From: an uncultured Acidobacteriota bacterium
GTDB lineage: Bacteria; Acidobacteriota; Terriglobia; Acidiferrales; UBA7541
Length of the DNA stretch: 64,000 nt
Direction of reading: 5' to 3'
Assembly: GCA_963803835.1 (NCBI GenBank)
Contig: CAWDOI010000016.1
Location: 3,956 to 67,955, forward strand
Of this stretch, positions 36,368-47,614 are shown piece by piece. Both the position numbers and the translations under genes were made by a program. Each line of letters begins with the position of its first letter. The stretch's first letter is position 1. The notes under the pieces are model-generated. The model saw only the letters and a program-made list of their open reading frames with translations. It was not told the origin of the DNA and ran no database searches.

Positions 36368-36871
36368 ATGCGTATCTGGTGCGGTGTTTTTGTGCTGGCT
36401 GCATTGACGTTTGCGGGATTCGGGGCGCACCTAGCTGCGACCGGAGGGCCGCAATCGCTGACGAAGGCTCGCGCTACCGACGTCGACGTCAGTGTGCGGG
36501 ATTTCATGCGAGTTGTGGCTCACGATGTTACGCAAGACGGCCCGGCGGCTTGGCGGAAGCATTTTGCCGACAGTCCTGCGTTCTTCATGGCTGTTGACGG
36601 CCATTTGGTGTTCCCGAATAGCGCGGTGGCGACGGCGGGAATTCAGGGCGCCGCGGGAATGTTCAAGCACATTGAGTTGCGATGGGGAGACGATTTGCGA
36701 GTGGATCCGCTTGCGGAGAATTTGGCTGTCGTGGCAGCGTCATATCACGAGGTCCGCGTGGACACGGCGGGGAAGCGAGTCGACGAGGACGGATTTTTTA
36801 CGGGGACTGTGGAAAGGCGCGATGGCCGGTGGCAATTTCGGAATGTGCATTGGTCGGCGGCTGCGCCGTAG
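36368..36871 (+). CDS. NTF2-like (SnoaL/DUF4440-like) secreted protein
   Basis: ATG 36368 follows AAGGAG. Signal peptide MRIWCGVFVLAALTFAGFGA. The ending ...ERRDGRWQFRNVHWS is typical of NTF2-like folds. Confidence 0.6.
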   Translation: MRIWCGVFVLAALTFAGFGAHLAATGGPQSLTKARATDVDVSVRDFMRVVAHDVTQDGPAAWRKHFADSPAFFMAVDGHLVFPNSAVATAGIQGAAGMFKHIELRWGDDLRVDPLAENLAVVAASYHEVRVDTAGKRVDEDGFFTGTVERRDGRWQFRNVHWSAAAP

Positions 36872-36956
36872 ATTGCGATCGAAGGGCGAAGATGCCCGGC
36901 TGAAGCCGGGAGCTACGAGTGCCGGAGCCGCGTTCCTGCCGGTAGCGAGGCAACCG

Positions 36957-38735
36957 CTAGGGCTTTTGCTTGGCGACCCAATCGCGGATGCGCGTATCGA
37001 GGATATCGAGCGGGAGTGCGCCGCCGCCGAGGATTTGATCGTGGAACGCGCGAATGTCGAATTTATCGCCTAGCTGATCCTTCGCGTATTCGCGAAGTTT
37101 GAGAATTTCGAGCTGGCCGAGTTTGTAAGCAAGCGCCTGGCCGGGCCACGCGATGTAACGGTCGACTTCACTCTGAACATTCGGTTCGTCCATCGCAGTG
37201 TAACGATGGAAATATCCCACCATTTGATCGCGAGACCATTTCTTCTCATGCACACCGGTGTCGACTACCAGGCGAATGGCTCGCCACATCTCATTTTCCA
37301 GCCGCCCGTAATCACTGTAGGGATCTTCATAACGGCCGACATCCTTGCCCAGCCGCTCCGAGTAAAAGGCCCAGCCCTCGACGAATGCCGTGTAATCCGC
37401 ATATTTCCGGAATGAAGGCAGATCGGTCATTTCCTGCGCGAGTGAGATTTGAAGATGATGGCCGGGAATTCCTTCGTGGTAGGCGATTGCCTCGACATTC
37501 AGTAAGAGGCGGTGTTCGGGGTCCCATTCGTTTACGTTGATGTGTCCGGGGCGCGTACCGTCCGCCGTGCCATCGGTGTAATCGGCCGGGACTGCATCTT
37601 TAGAGCGAGAAGCAACCATGGGAATCACGGCAAGCTTGGTCTTGGGAAGATTGCCGAATAGTTTCGGCAGCTCGGGCTCCATCTCGTGAACGTATTTCGC
37701 ATAGAGGTTGAGGAGTTGCTGGCCGGAAGTGGCGTAGAAACTGCGTTCGCTCTTGATGTGCTCGTTGAGGCTGGCCAGGTTTTGGAATCCGAGCTTGTGC
37801 GCAAGGGCAAGCATTTCCACTTCGATTGCGTCCACTTGCTTGAGGCCGATTTCGTGAATTTGATCGGGTGTGAGATCGGTGGTGGTCATGAGACGGAGTT
37901 GAAAGCGGTATCGCGCCGCGCCGTCGGGAAGTGACCAGATGCCGGGATCGACGCGGCCCTTCGGGGCGTAATCGTCGCGGATGAACGCAGTGAAGCGGGT
38001 GTACGCGGGCAATACGGAATCCTTTATCGCGGCGAGGCCCGCTTCGCGCAAGCGCTTGCGATCGAATTCGGAAATACTTGCAGGGAAATTGGAAAAAGGC
38101 TGAGCGAAGGGAGACTTATCTGGTTTCTCAGAGGCGACGCCATTGCACTGTTCCACGACTTTTTCGAGAAGGAAACGGGGCGGCATCAATTTTTCGTTCA
38201 TGCCCTTCCGCATTTGGACCGTGATCTGATCGAGCAGTAGAGGGATTTGCGTCAGGCGCGAAATGTAATCGTCGAAGTCATTGACGGAATCGAATGAGAG
38301 CGTGTTGACCAAATCGGGCAATTCGATCTGGATGCCGTTCTCCTGATCCACCGGCATTTCCCAGGGCTTGAAGCGGGCACCTTCCAATTGCATTAGAAGG
38401 CCGCGAACCATCAAAACTTTGTTGAGCGCCTCCTGTTCGGGGAAGCCCGAAGTGTCAATGGCTTCGAAGCGTGCGAGAAATTTCTTAGCTTGCTCAAGAT
38501 CCTTGTCGATGGCTTCCTGCGAGCGGTCGTCGAGCTTGTCGTTCCAGCGCTTGTCTCCGAGGAAGGAAGCGAAGATCGGGCTGGTGCGCAGCCTGTATTC
38601 CCATTGCTCGGCTAGAAGATCATTGAGCGCCTTGCGCCGCGATTCTAGAGAGGGTGATGATTGCGCGACGACCGTGACGAAAAAAAGCAAAGACAGGAAC
38701 ACAGCGATACATGAATGAAAATTAAAGAGGCGCAC
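36957..38735 (-). CDS. DUF885 family protein (putative metallopeptidase-like), secreted
   Basis: Signal peptide. AYHEGIPGHHLQISLAQE motif characteristic of DUF885. GTG start follows AAGGAG. Confidence 0.85.
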   Translation of the reverse strand: MRLFNFHSCIAVFLSLLFFVTVVAQSSPSLESRRKALNDLLAEQWEYRLRTSPIFASFLGDKRWNDKLDDRSQEAIDKDLEQAKKFLARFEAIDTSGFPEQEALNKVLMVRGLLMQLEGARFKPWEMPVDQENGIQIELPDLVNTLSFDSVNDFDDYISRLTQIPLLLDQITVQMRKGMNEKLMPPRFLLEKVVEQCNGVASEKPDKSPFAQPFSNFPASISEFDRKRLREAGLAAIKDSVLPAYTRFTAFIRDDYAPKGRVDPGIWSLPDGAARYRFQLRLMTTTDLTPDQIHEIGLKQVDAIEVEMLALAHKLGFQNLASLNEHIKSERSFYATSGQQLLNLYAKYVHEMEPELPKLFGNLPKTKLAVIPMVASRSKDAVPADYTDGTADGTRPGHINVNEWDPEHRLLLNVEAIAYHEGIPGHHLQISLAQEMTDLPSFRKYADYTAFVEGWAFYSERLGKDVGRYEDPYSDYGRLENEMWRAIRLVVDTGVHEKKWSRDQMVGYFHRYTAMDEPNVQSEVDRYIAWPGQALAYKLGQLEILKLREYAKDQLGDKFDIRAFHDQILGGGALPLDILDTRIRDWVAKQKP

Positions 38736-38858
38736 TCAGGCTCCTTGAACGAAAGATTCTTCGGGCGAGTGAATTTCCGGTGAAATGATCGTTCGCACGT
38801 TTATTTGGGAAGCCAATATCCGGGAATTCTACAGGTTGGCGGTCCCTTATATGAAGAG

Positions 38859-41843
38859 CTATTCGTACCGTAGCGCGACTATCGGGTCGACGCGGGCGGC
38901 GCGTTGTGCGGGGATATAGCAAGCGAGCGCCGCGACGGCTGCGAGAAGCAGCGCCGCTGCGATAAACGTCAGCGGGTCGGCGGCCTTTACGTTGTAGAGC
39001 AGGGAGGAGAGAAATCGCGTCACGCCGAGAGCGGCGCCGACACCGATGGCGGCGCCAACTGCCGCGAGTGCAATTCCTTGCCCGATGACCAACCGAAGGA
39101 CGTCGCCTTGATGAGCGCCGAGAGCCACGCGAATACCGATTTCGCGCGTGCGCCGGGCAACCTCGTACGACAACAATCCATACAGGCCAATGCACGCCAG
39201 CAGAAGCGCCAAGATTCCGAAAAACACCGAGAGACGCGCGACCAGGCGCTCCTGAAACAAAAGCCGGTCGATTTGCTCGGATTCGGTGGTGACATTGAAG
39301 AGAGGCAGGTTTGGATTGAGTTGCGCAACGGCCTGGCGAATCGCGGAAAGCGACGCCCGAGGGTCGGCGGCCGTGCGCACCTCGAATGAGACCATGAGCG
39401 CGTTTGCGACATTCTGCGGCTCGTACATGGTCGGGCCGATGTCCTGACGGAGGGTACTGTATTTCGCATCGCGAACGACACCAACGATTTCATAGCCCGG
39501 GCTTGCCGGCACGTATTGGTTTCCGGCCGATTCACCAAACTGTTTTCCGATCGGATTTTCGTTGCCGATAAATTTCGCGACGAATGATTGATTCACGATG
39601 ACGGGGGTGGGCGCCGAGGTCGGCGTAGCGCCTCCATTCCTGGCGGCTAGCGCATAATCAGATGCGCTGAAATTGCGGCCAACAAGAAATGGAATCTGCA
39701 TTGTCGTGAAAAAGTCCGGCCCGACGGGAAGCATGTCCGACTGGGATGGCCGGTCTTCGGGCATGCCGGGCCAGTGGAATTGTGCTATGAAGAATCCGCC
39801 GCTGAGCAGAGGCGCCAGGGAATAACTCGCCGACTTCACTCCGGGCGTCGCGGCGAGACGCCCTTGCAAGTCGCGGAAGAAGCCATCGAGCTGCGCGTCT
39901 TTGTAGCCCGCCTGCTGCGGACCGAGAGAGAAATTGATAAGGTTGTGCGAGTCGAAACCGACGTCAATGTGCTCGAGATTCTGCAGAGTGCGCACTAGCA
40001 ATCCCGCGCCAACGAGCACGACGATGGCCAGCGCGACCTGAGCGACCACCAGCGCGTTGCCGGCGCTGAACCATCTGCCGCGGTCGCGCACGATTCCGGG
40101 CGCGACGCCAAAGCCATCCTTGAGCGCCGGAGTCAGGTCCACGCGCGTTCCGCGGAATGCCGGCGCGACCCCGAACAGAATTCCGGTGACGATGGAGATG
40201 ATTGCCGTGAAGGCAAGCATGCGCACGTCTACGCCCATGGCAAACCCAAGCGGGCGCGTCTGGTTGCTGGAAACGAACGACAAGATAGCGTGCGCGCCCC
40301 AATACGCGAATAGAATTCCGAATGCACCGCCGAGCACGGATAGCGTCACGCTTTCTGTGAGCAACTGCCGGACAATTCGCGTGCGCCGCGCGCCCAAAGC
40401 CATGCGCACGCCGATTTCCCGGTGCCGTGCCGCCGAGCGCACGAGCATCAAGCCCGCGACGTTGGCGCAGGCGATTAGCAAGATGATTCCCACGGCGACC
40501 ATCAGGACGTAGAGAGGATCGGCATATTCCATACGCGAACCGATCAAGCCGGTTTGCGCCGACACGAGAGTTATGGTGGGATCGTCGTCCGGTGCGGACA
40601 ACGTCGACGGTTGGTTCGGCGCGGCGTTTTGCGGAGGAATCTGCGCCGGCTTCATTGTTGGAGGAAGCAGAGCGGGAGGCCCTGCAAGTGAAGTTTTTCC
40701 GGCGATCCGCGGAGGCGCGGCACCGCCGGATGTGCCTTGCACATGCACCGCAACTCCTCCGAGCGGCAGATTTGGAGGCGGCGCACCCGGCATTCCGGCG
40801 CCGGCCTGGAACATCGGCACTTGTCCGTGAAGCATTTCGTTCCGGAAAATTTGCGTGAGCGCGGTTTGCGCCGTTTGTCGCGGGACATCAGGTTTGAGCC
40901 GTGCCACGACAGTGAGCCACCAGAACGTAACGTCGTCCTGGCGGTTGCGCCAATGGCCCGGATTGCTCACGCGAGGCGCGTCTGCAAGAGGAATCCAGAC
41001 ATCGTAGTCGCTGCCGGGCGTAATTCCGTTGAAGCGCTGTTCGGCGACGCCAATGATGCTGAAGGGCGCGCCGTTCAGCTCGATCGTGCGGCCAATAACG
41101 TCGCGCGAGCCGCCGAAGGCGCTCTGCCAGTAGCCGAAGTCGAGGACGACGACGGGGGTTGCCGTCGGTAGATCGTCGCTCGGCTCAAAGAGGCGTCCCG
41201 CAGCCGCTTTGACGCCGAGGGTACGGAAAAAATCTCCCGAGGCGAACTGGCCTCCAATGACGCTGGCCGGGCCGTTGCCTGTGAGGTCGAGGGGCCCGGA
41301 ATTCGAAAATGCAGTTACTCCTGAAGAAATATTCGCGCTGGCGATCTCGCGAAACATCGGCTCGGAAAACGAGCAGCCCGAGGGATTGGAACCGCCGAGG
41401 CTCAAGCTCGTGATGCAATCGCCGGACGTCGCGTAGCCGCGAACCTTCGGGGCATTCCGCGCGCCCCACTTCAGCACAACCAATTGCGAGGGGTTCTCGA
41501 CCGGCAAAGACCGCAGCATGACCGCGTCGATCAGGCTGAAGATTGCCGTGTTGGCGCCGATGCCGAGCGCGAGCGTCAGGATCGCGACGGCGGTGAAGGC
41601 GGGGGATTTGCGCAGCATGCGGAGGCCGAAGCGAATGTCCTGCAGTAGCTGCTCGAGCCAGACGAAGCTCCAGACGTCGCGCGTGTCTTCTTGGATGCGC
41701 GTCACGTTGCCGAATTTCCGGAGGGCAGCATAGCGCGCTTCTTCTACTGACATGCCGCGCGCGATGTTGTCGCGTGTTTCGATTTCGATGTGATCGCGGA
41801 TGTCTTGCTCGAGATCATGCATCATGTGCGTGCGGCGGCTCAT
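38859..41843 (-). CDS. ADOP-family duplicated FtsX/MacB-like ABC permease
   Basis: N-terminus [47 protein letters not shown]...[12 protein letters not shown], and two FtsX 4-TM modules. ATG 41843 overlaps the PadR stop (ATGA). The ORF-track N-terminal extension is rejected. Confidence 0.85.
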   Translation of the reverse strand: MSRRTHMMHDLEQDIRDHIEIETRDNIARGMSVEEARYAALRKFGNVTRIQEDTRDVWSFVWLEQLLQDIRFGLRMLRKSPAFTAVAILTLALGIGANTAIFSLIDAVMLRSLPVENPSQLVVLKWGARNAPKVRGYATSGDCITSLSLGGSNPSGCSFSEPMFREIASANISSGVTAFSNSGPLDLTGNGPASVIGGQFASGDFFRTLGVKAAAGRLFEPSDDLPTATPVVVLDFGYWQSAFGGSRDVIGRTIELNGAPFSIIGVAEQRFNGITPGSDYDVWIPLADAPRVSNPGHWRNRQDDVTFWWLTVVARLKPDVPRQTAQTALTQIFRNEMLHGQVPMFQAGAGMPGAPPPNLPLGGVAVHVQGTSGGAAPPRIAGKTSLAGPPALLPPTMKPAQIPPQNAAPNQPSTLSAPDDDPTITLVSAQTGLIGSRMEYADPLYVLMVAVGIILLIACANVAGLMLVRSAARHREIGVRMALGARRTRIVRQLLTESVTLSVLGGAFGILFAYWGAHAILSFVSSNQTRPLGFAMGVDVRMLAFTAIISIVTGILFGVAPAFRGTRVDLTPALKDGFGVAPGIVRDRGRWFSAGNALVVAQVALAIVVLVGAGLLVRTLQNLEHIDVGFDSHNLINFSLGPQQAGYKDAQLDGFFRDLQGRLAATPGVKSASYSLAPLLSGGFFIAQFHWPGMPEDRPSQSDMLPVGPDFFTTMQIPFLVGRNFSASDYALAARNGGATPTSAPTPVIVNQSFVAKFIGNENPIGKQFGESAGNQYVPASPGYEIVGVVRDAKYSTLRQDIGPTMYEPQNVANALMVSFEVRTAADPRASLSAIRQAVAQLNPNLPLFNVTTESEQIDRLLFQERLVARLSVFFGILALLLACIGLYGLLSYEVARRTREIGIRVALGAHQGDVLRLVIGQGIALAAVGAAIGVGAALGVTRFLSSLLYNVKAADPLTFIAAALLLAAVAALACYIPAQRAARVDPIVALRYE

Positions 41844-42202
41844 GACTCGCCTTCTTGCTCGGCAGGGCGTAGGATCCGCGCGATCGCGCCCGCGAGCTTG
41901 TCCCACTTGCTGGTTTCGAGCTTCAGTTGCCGCTGGCCCTTGGTGGTGAGGCGGTAAAATTTGGCGCGGCGATTGTTTTCGGAGGTGCCTTCTTCGACCG
42001 AGATCCATTCGCGCTTGATCAGGCGGTGCAGCGCGGGATAGAGCGATCCCTGCTCGACCTGCAGCACTTCGTCCGAGTTGAACTCGATCGCCTTGGCGAT
42101 GGCGTGGCCGTGCGTGGGCCCAAGGATGAGCGTGCGAAGAATCAGCAGATCGAGGGTGCCCTGCAGGAGCTCGATGCGTTCTTTCTGTTCTTTGGTAGAC
42201 AT
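41840..42202 (-). CDS. PadR-family transcriptional regulator
   Basis: [28 protein letters not shown]......[21 protein letters not shown]...[19 protein letters not shown]. Confidence 0.9.
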   Translation of the reverse strand: MSTKEQKERIELLQGTLDLLILRTLILGPTHGHAIAKAIEFNSDEVLQVEQGSLYPALHRLIKREWISVEEGTSENNRRAKFYRLTTKGQRQLKLETSKWDKLAGAIARILRPAEQEGES

Positions 42203-42239
42203 TCTACGGGAAGCTATCGCGCTTCCAGTAGAATGTCAA
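42202..42239 (-). promoter_or_regulatory. candidate PadR promoter (TTGACA-N17-TAGCTT-N8-ATG) overlapping a 13-nt-arm inverted repeat (putative operator)
   Basis: Reading the minus strand: TTGACA (42239-42234), TAGCTT (42216-42211), ATG (42202-42200). The inverted repeat TTCTACtGGAAGC-gcgata-GCTTCCcGTAGAA spans 42233-42202. Confidence 0.45.
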
Positions 42240-42362
42240 GGGGAGCGATCGCCGGACTGGCTGGCAAGCGATCCGGGAACGGTGACATCCGCGGCCACAG
42301 CAAACCACCGGACGGAGCCTCATTCGAGGCTCAAGACAAACTTTCGCCGATCGCGTCCGCGA

Positions 42363-43109
42363 TTAGCGGCGGCGGGCTAGTGATAGCAGGCGAAGAATTT
42401 CGAGATACAGCCAGATGAGAGTGACCATCAGGCCGAACGCGCCGTACCACTCCATGTATTTCGCGGCGCCGGACTGAACGCCGGTCTCAATGAAATCGAA
42501 ATTGAGAATCAGATTGAGCGCAGCGACGATCACGATGAACACGCTGATCGCGATGCCCCAAGGACCGGCGCTATTGAGGAGCGGAACCTGCTTGCCGAAA
42601 AAGCCGAGGCCGAAGTTGACGAGATAGACGAGCATGATGCCGCCGGTTGCAGCGATGACGCCCATTTTGAATTTCTGCGTCGCGCGAATGATCCCGCTCG
42701 TATAGAGGGCGAGCATGACGGCGAGCGTTCCGAAGGTCAGCGCGACAGCTTGCGTCGCAATGCCGTGATACTGCTTGTCGAATAACGCAGAAATTCCACC
42801 GAGCGCGAGTCCTTCGAGAAGCGCGTAGACCGGCGCAGTGAACGGCGACCATTCCTTTTTGAAGATGGTGACCATTGCCACGATGAAGCCGCCGATCAGC
42901 CCGCCCAACATCCACGGGAGAACGGCATCGGGCGATTGCGAACGCGCGAGGCCCCACGTCCATCCGGCGGTGGCTACCACGCAGACGAGAAGGACGCCGG
43001 TCCTGTTGACTGTGCCTTGCAGCGTCATCGTCGGGCCGCCGACGGCTGCCTGGCCGTCGAACGTCTTCGAATTAAACGCGGGATTCGAGGTGCGGAGCGG
43101 ATCAGCCAT
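42363..43109 (-). CDS. Bax-inhibitor-1/YccA-like membrane protein
   Basis: N-terminal SNPAF motif, about 7 TM helices, charged C-terminus. Family assigned from memory. Confidence 0.7.
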   Translation of the reverse strand: MADPLRTSNPAFNSKTFDGQAAVGGPTMTLQGTVNRTGVLLVCVVATAGWTWGLARSQSPDAVLPWMLGGLIGGFIVAMVTIFKKEWSPFTAPVYALLEGLALGGISALFDKQYHGIATQAVALTFGTLAVMLALYTSGIIRATQKFKMGVIAATGGIMLVYLVNFGLGFFGKQVPLLNSAGPWGIAISVFIVIVAALNLILNFDFIETGVQSGAAKYMEWYGAFGLMVTLIWLYLEILRLLSLARRR

Positions 43110-43223
43110 GGGTAATTTCCTCCAAAATTGTCACCGTGAGTGTACCCCGTTCGGATTCGCCAAGCTACTTGTGCGGACAAGATCAGAGTTACTTCGCCAG
43201 AGCGCGGATGTTGACGTTACTGG

Positions 43224-43751
43224 CTACGAAGTGCGCTCGAGTTTGATCAGCAGGTTGCGGCTGCGAGCTTTCATTGCGGGCGTGCCGGTTCGAGTCGCCT
43301 CGCGTAAAGTTCCTAACGCTTCGAGTCTTAGGCTTGGATCATCGTTCCCCAAGTCGGCTAGTCCTTGAAGAGCGAACGTCTTGACGATGGAACTGCGATC
43401 TTCGAGATAACCGTTCAGCAGAGATGAGGCGAGTTGGCGTTCCTTGGCGTTGAGTGGAAGCCGCGGAACGATGGCGGCGAGATGCCAACGCAATTCCTGC
43501 TCTTTGGCTTCACCCATCAGACCTAGAAGCTCTTTCTTGAAGGGCCAGAGAAGTTTTGGATTCGTTCGCGTGACCTTCTCGGTGGCGTCTGCGGCGCGCA
43601 TTCGCACGATGGGGTCTTCGGACCACAAACCTGCAATCAACTTCGGAAACAGGCGTGGGTTTCTAGATACCATCGCGGCGACTTGGTCAGAGCGGCCGAT
43701 TGAGCGCCGATCGCCTCCTTCGAGCAGAGCGAGAATGTTTTGTCGCGGCAT
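43224..43751 (-). CDS. HEAT/ARM-like helical repeat protein
   Basis: 175 aa, all-helical repeats (DPIVRMRAADATEKV..., ELRWHLAAIVPRL..., SSIVKTFALQGLADL...). Confidence 0.45.
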   Translation of the reverse strand: MPRQNILALLEGGDRRSIGRSDQVAAMVSRNPRLFPKLIAGLWSEDPIVRMRAADATEKVTRTNPKLLWPFKKELLGLMGEAKEQELRWHLAAIVPRLPLNAKERQLASSLLNGYLEDRSSIVKTFALQGLADLGNDDPSLRLEALGTLREATRTGTPAMKARSRNLLIKLERTS

Positions 43752-43915
43752 CGAGTAAAGCCTGGAGCCATATCATAAACCGACTGAGTTATGCCCGAGG
43801 AGTCAGATCGAGGCGATTCGCAAATCACGGGCGCGCACGAGTCGAAAAAAGTAAAGAAATCCACGATTTGATCGCGCACTGCAAGCCTTGCCGTGCCGTG
43901 CTATAAGGTGACGCC

Positions 43916-44719
43916 ATGTCCACTGCCGCGGAAATTTCCGTTAAGAAAGACGATCGGCTCACGATGATTGCGATCTCGGCGATCGCCTGCATCCTCCAGG
44001 ATGTGCTGCACGAAGGCCTGGGGCATGGCGTGACAGCGTGGCTGAGCGGGGCGCAACATCTGACGATAAGTACGGTCGCGCTGCAGAGCAATTTCGAGAC
44101 GCGATGGATTTCGGCGAACGGCACGATCGTTAATCTGATTTTTGGCGCGATCTTCTGGCTGCTCCTGCTGAGGCCGGAGAGATACAAGCCCGCAACTCGC
44201 TATTTCCTCGTGATGGCGCTGGCAGGCAATCTCTTCACCGGCACGGGCTATTTCTTTTTTTCGGGAGTCTCCAACTTTGGGGACTGGGCGGCGGTGATTC
44301 GGGGATGGCAACCGCACTGGGCATGGCAGCTTGGGCTCGTCGTGCTCGGTGTCGCCACGTACTACGCGTCGATGCTGTTGGTAGCGGCCCAGCTCAAGCC
44401 ATTTCAAGGAACGAACGAGGCATCTCGAAGGATTCGCGGACTGTGCTGGATTCCTTACTTCACGGACGGGATTCTGGCCGGGTTAGGAGGTCTGCTGAAT
44501 CCGTTCGGATTGTTCTATGTCGTAGCGTCGGCGCTGCCATCTACGCTGGGAGCGAATGCAGGTCTGCTAAGCCTGCCGAGCTTGATGAACATGTGGTATC
44601 GGGGCGAAGAGAATCCAGTTGGTCTAATCCAGCGCAGCGTTGCATGGATCGCTGTCGGCGTTGCGGCGAGCTTGTTTTTTATCCTCGTGCTCGGCCATGG
44701 GATCACTTGGTCGCGATAG
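43916..44719 (+). CDS. polytopic membrane protein, M50B-like with an HExxxH variant (LHEGLGHG)
   Basis: About 7 TM helices. The first helix carries HEGLGH where M50B-type proteins carry HExxH. Confidence 0.45.
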   Translation: MSTAAEISVKKDDRLTMIAISAIACILQDVLHEGLGHGVTAWLSGAQHLTISTVALQSNFETRWISANGTIVNLIFGAIFWLLLLRPERYKPATRYFLVMALAGNLFTGTGYFFFSGVSNFGDWAAVIRGWQPHWAWQLGLVVLGVATYYASMLLVAAQLKPFQGTNEASRRIRGLCWIPYFTDGILAGLGGLLNPFGLFYVVASALPSTLGANAGLLSLPSLMNMWYRGEENPVGLIQRSVAWIAVGVAASLFFILVLGHGITWSR

Positions 44720-44768
44720 CGTTTGAGGTTAGCCGCCGTACGCCGCCACACCGAGTCGCCAACGGCGA

Positions 44769-47411
44769 TCAGCGAATACCTTGCACCATGTACTCGGTCG
44801 AAATGATGCGACTGTAAATGTAAGCGAAGTTCTTTCCGTCACGTGAGACGGTGGCGTGCAGGCCTCCCGCGATTGATGGAGCTTCTGAGAGGGTGATGGT
44901 GCGGATCAGCGTTCGTTTCGTGCCTGACAGTTCCACCCGCCAGATCTCGACTGCGCCTCGCTCGCCGCCGCGCTCGACGAAAACGGCCGCGCCATCGGGA
45001 GTGAAGTCAATCGGAGAGTCGCCTTTCTGAAATTGAGGAGCCGCCTGCGGCTGGCCGCCTTCCAGCGGAAACATTTGGAATTGCGCGTGTCCGGAATCGT
45101 AGACAACAAGACGCTTTCCATCGGCACTCGCAGCGAAAGCTCTCACGCCCTCTGGCGTGAGCGGACTCTCGTTGCCGTTGACGTCGAGAAGGTATGTGCG
45201 CTCGCGGTGACCAGGTTCGTTTCCCACGAAGAAAAGACGTCCATCCGGCAGCCAACGAACAAATAGGTGATTTAATTTCGAGTGCGTGATCTGGCGCGGT
45301 TCACCCGTTCCCGTAGGCAGAAGCAAAACCTGATTGGGGGCTACCGGCAAAACGCTGACGGCCCATTTGCCGTCCGCAGAGATATCCTGTGCATCGCCAT
45401 CCCCGAGACGTACTGCGGGCGAACCATCGAGGTTGCGGAGGAATGTCCCGTAATTTTCGCCGCTGTGCTCGTCGCCGAAAAGTATTTGTTTACCGTCGCT
45501 GGAGAAGCGCGCGTACACGGCCCAATCCATCCAGGTGAAATCGCGGCCCTGAGGGTAGTCCGGGGTGGAAACCATTAGAATCAAGCGAACGTTGACATCG
45601 GCGAGCAGCACGCGGCCATCAGGTAGCGCGTCCTGAATATCGATGTTTCCCGGAGCGGAGAGCAGAGGACGCGCACGTCCCCCGAGAGTCGTTGCAAATA
45701 GAGAGCGATACACGCCGTTCTCGATCGCGCTGTACCAGATCTCATCTCCTTTTGGAGACCACGTTAATCCCTGAGTGGATTCGTAGGAGCCGCTGAGTTG
45801 TTTTCGATGCCCGTCCAAATCCGTAACTGCGACCGTGCCCTGATCGTCGCCGAAAACGGGGTGATCGAGAAAGGCAATCCTCTTCCCGTCACGCGAGAAG
45901 CGCGGATGGCTTATCCAACCATTCGTTTCGTATAGCACTTTCCCCACGGGATATTCGAGGCGATAAGCGTGGCTCTCGGGGGAGAAGCGGACCACGGCAA
46001 AGTCTTTGCCATCCGGGGCCCAGTCGGCGTATTGAACATTCTCCATGACCGGCCGCGGCGCGCCACCGCCAAGCGGCAGCCTCGCGAGCGTGCCCACTCG
46101 AACGTATCCCGGGCCAACACGTTGAAGATTTTGGATCACGAGCAGCTCGCCAGTATTCGAGACAGACGCGATCGAATCCGCTTTTACTCCCATGGGACGC
46201 AACCCCTGGCTATCGAGCCGCCCAGTATAGAGAGACAGATTCGATTCCGAACCCCATTGCGACGCAGTAATGATGCTTTGCCCATCGGGCAAAAACCTCG
46301 CAGAATCAACGACACCCTGCTGGAAGCTCAGCTGCACGAATTTCGGCGGCGCGACATGCGCGGTAACTCGGGCGAAGAACCACGTGCTTGCGACGATCAG
46401 GGCCAACACCGCTGTGCCAATCGCAGCGAGCGCCAAAGCCGGTAAAGGAAGCCGTAACGACGTCCCGCTTGATCGCGCTAAGGGGGCCTCGGCAATCGCA
46501 GCGACTCCCGAGGACGTCCGCATCCCGCTCATCTCGCCAAGTTGAAAAGCAATATCGCCGACGGACTGAAACCGCTGCTGTGGATCCTTCTCCATGCAAT
46601 GGTGAACGATGTGATCGAGCGCCGGCGAAATTTCCTGATTTGTCGCGGCGAGCTCGGGCGGGTCTTCCTTCAGTATCGCACTCATCAAATCGGCGGCGCT
46701 GTCGCCGCGGAATGCACGTCGGCCCGCCAGCATCTCGTAAAGAACGGCGCCGAAACTGAAAATATCGCTGCGGGCGTCGGCGGGCTTTCCGCGCACCTGC
46801 TCGGGAGACATATACCCGATCGTCCCCATGACTACGCCGGCCTGGGTGGCTAAGTCGCGCGTTGCTTCGACGTCGGTAGCAGGGACTTCGCTGAGTTTGG
46901 CAAGGCCGAAGTCGAGGATTTTTGCGCGGCCGTCGTTGGTGATGAAAACATTGTCCGGCTTCAGATCGCGATGCACGATGCCGCGTTCATGCGCTGCTGC
47001 CAAGCCGCGCGCAATCTGAATCGCGTAATCAAGCGCCTTGCGTTCGCGTAAGGCGCCTTCGGCGAGGCGCTGGCGCAGCGTGGAGCCTTCGAGCAGTTCG
47101 GAAACGATGTAGGGCGAACCAGCCGCGACCTTTGTTGCGCCGGATTCGTCAACGTCTTCCGGCGCCGGCGCTGCACCAACGTCGAAGACGGTCAGCAAGT
47201 TCGGATGATTGAGCGCGGCGACGGCGCGGGCTTCCTGCTCGAAACGGCGCAGGCGATCCTGATCTTGCGCTAAGGAACTCGGTAGGACTTTGATGGCAAC
47301 GTCGCGCTGGAGACGCGTGTCGCGCGCACGGTATACCTCTCCCATGCCGCCTGCGCCGAGCAGCGACTGAATTTCATAGGGGCCGAGCTTGGTTCCGGGA
47401 GCGAGGGCCAT
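44769..47411 (-). CDS. membrane Ser/Thr protein kinase with beta-propeller (kinase 5)
   Basis: LGAGGMGEVYRA, VAIKVL, HRDLKPDNVF, DFGLAK and MSPEQ motifs. TM, then PD40-like blades (FSRDGKRIAF, WSPKGDEIWY, FSSDGKQILF). Start taken at MALAPGTKLGPYEI (47411), with TATAAT 10 nt upstream. Confidence 0.85.
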   Translation of the reverse strand: MALAPGTKLGPYEIQSLLGAGGMGEVYRARDTRLQRDVAIKVLPSSLAQDQDRLRRFEQEARAVAALNHPNLLTVFDVGAAPAPEDVDESGATKVAAGSPYIVSELLEGSTLRQRLAEGALRERKALDYAIQIARGLAAAHERGIVHRDLKPDNVFITNDGRAKILDFGLAKLSEVPATDVEATRDLATQAGVVMGTIGYMSPEQVRGKPADARSDIFSFGAVLYEMLAGRRAFRGDSAADLMSAILKEDPPELAATNQEISPALDHIVHHCMEKDPQQRFQSVGDIAFQLGEMSGMRTSSGVAAIAEAPLARSSGTSLRLPLPALALAAIGTAVLALIVASTWFFARVTAHVAPPKFVQLSFQQGVVDSARFLPDGQSIITASQWGSESNLSLYTGRLDSQGLRPMGVKADSIASVSNTGELLVIQNLQRVGPGYVRVGTLARLPLGGGAPRPVMENVQYADWAPDGKDFAVVRFSPESHAYRLEYPVGKVLYETNGWISHPRFSRDGKRIAFLDHPVFGDDQGTVAVTDLDGHRKQLSGSYESTQGLTWSPKGDEIWYSAIENGVYRSLFATTLGGRARPLLSAPGNIDIQDALPDGRVLLADVNVRLILMVSTPDYPQGRDFTWMDWAVYARFSSDGKQILFGDEHSGENYGTFLRNLDGSPAVRLGDGDAQDISADGKWAVSVLPVAPNQVLLLPTGTGEPRQITHSKLNHLFVRWLPDGRLFFVGNEPGHRERTYLLDVNGNESPLTPEGVRAFAASADGKRLVVYDSGHAQFQMFPLEGGQPQAAPQFQKGDSPIDFTPDGAAVFVERGGERGAVEIWRVELSGTKRTLIRTITLSEAPSIAGGLHATVSRDGKNFAYIYSRIISTEYMVQGIR

Positions 47412-47614
47412 TGGTGCCCGGATTATATTCCAATTGAACGGGTGCTCGATTGATATTCGGCGCGCGCTCGCGCAGGTGGCCTCGTTTGGCTCATTAAGGC
47501 TGAACGACATTGGTTGGCGCGAGCGCGTTTGTTGCCCTTCTAATCACAAGCAAACCACCAGGAATCCTTCCATCCGTGCGCGACTGATACAGTTATCTGC
47601 ACCCGGAAAATCCA

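Noticed and set aside
41844-42008. N-terminal 55-aa extension of the ADOP permease ORF, and ORF 38722-39195.
   Set aside because: The extension overlaps the PadR coding region. ATG 41843 gives the canonical ADOP N-terminus and an ATGA coupling with PadR.
47412-47510. 33-codon N-terminal extension of kinase 5 (MSFSLNEPNEATCASARR...).
   Set aside because: The kinase paralogs start about 10 residues before the Gly-rich loop, and a TATAAT box lies inside the extension. Start moved to 47411.
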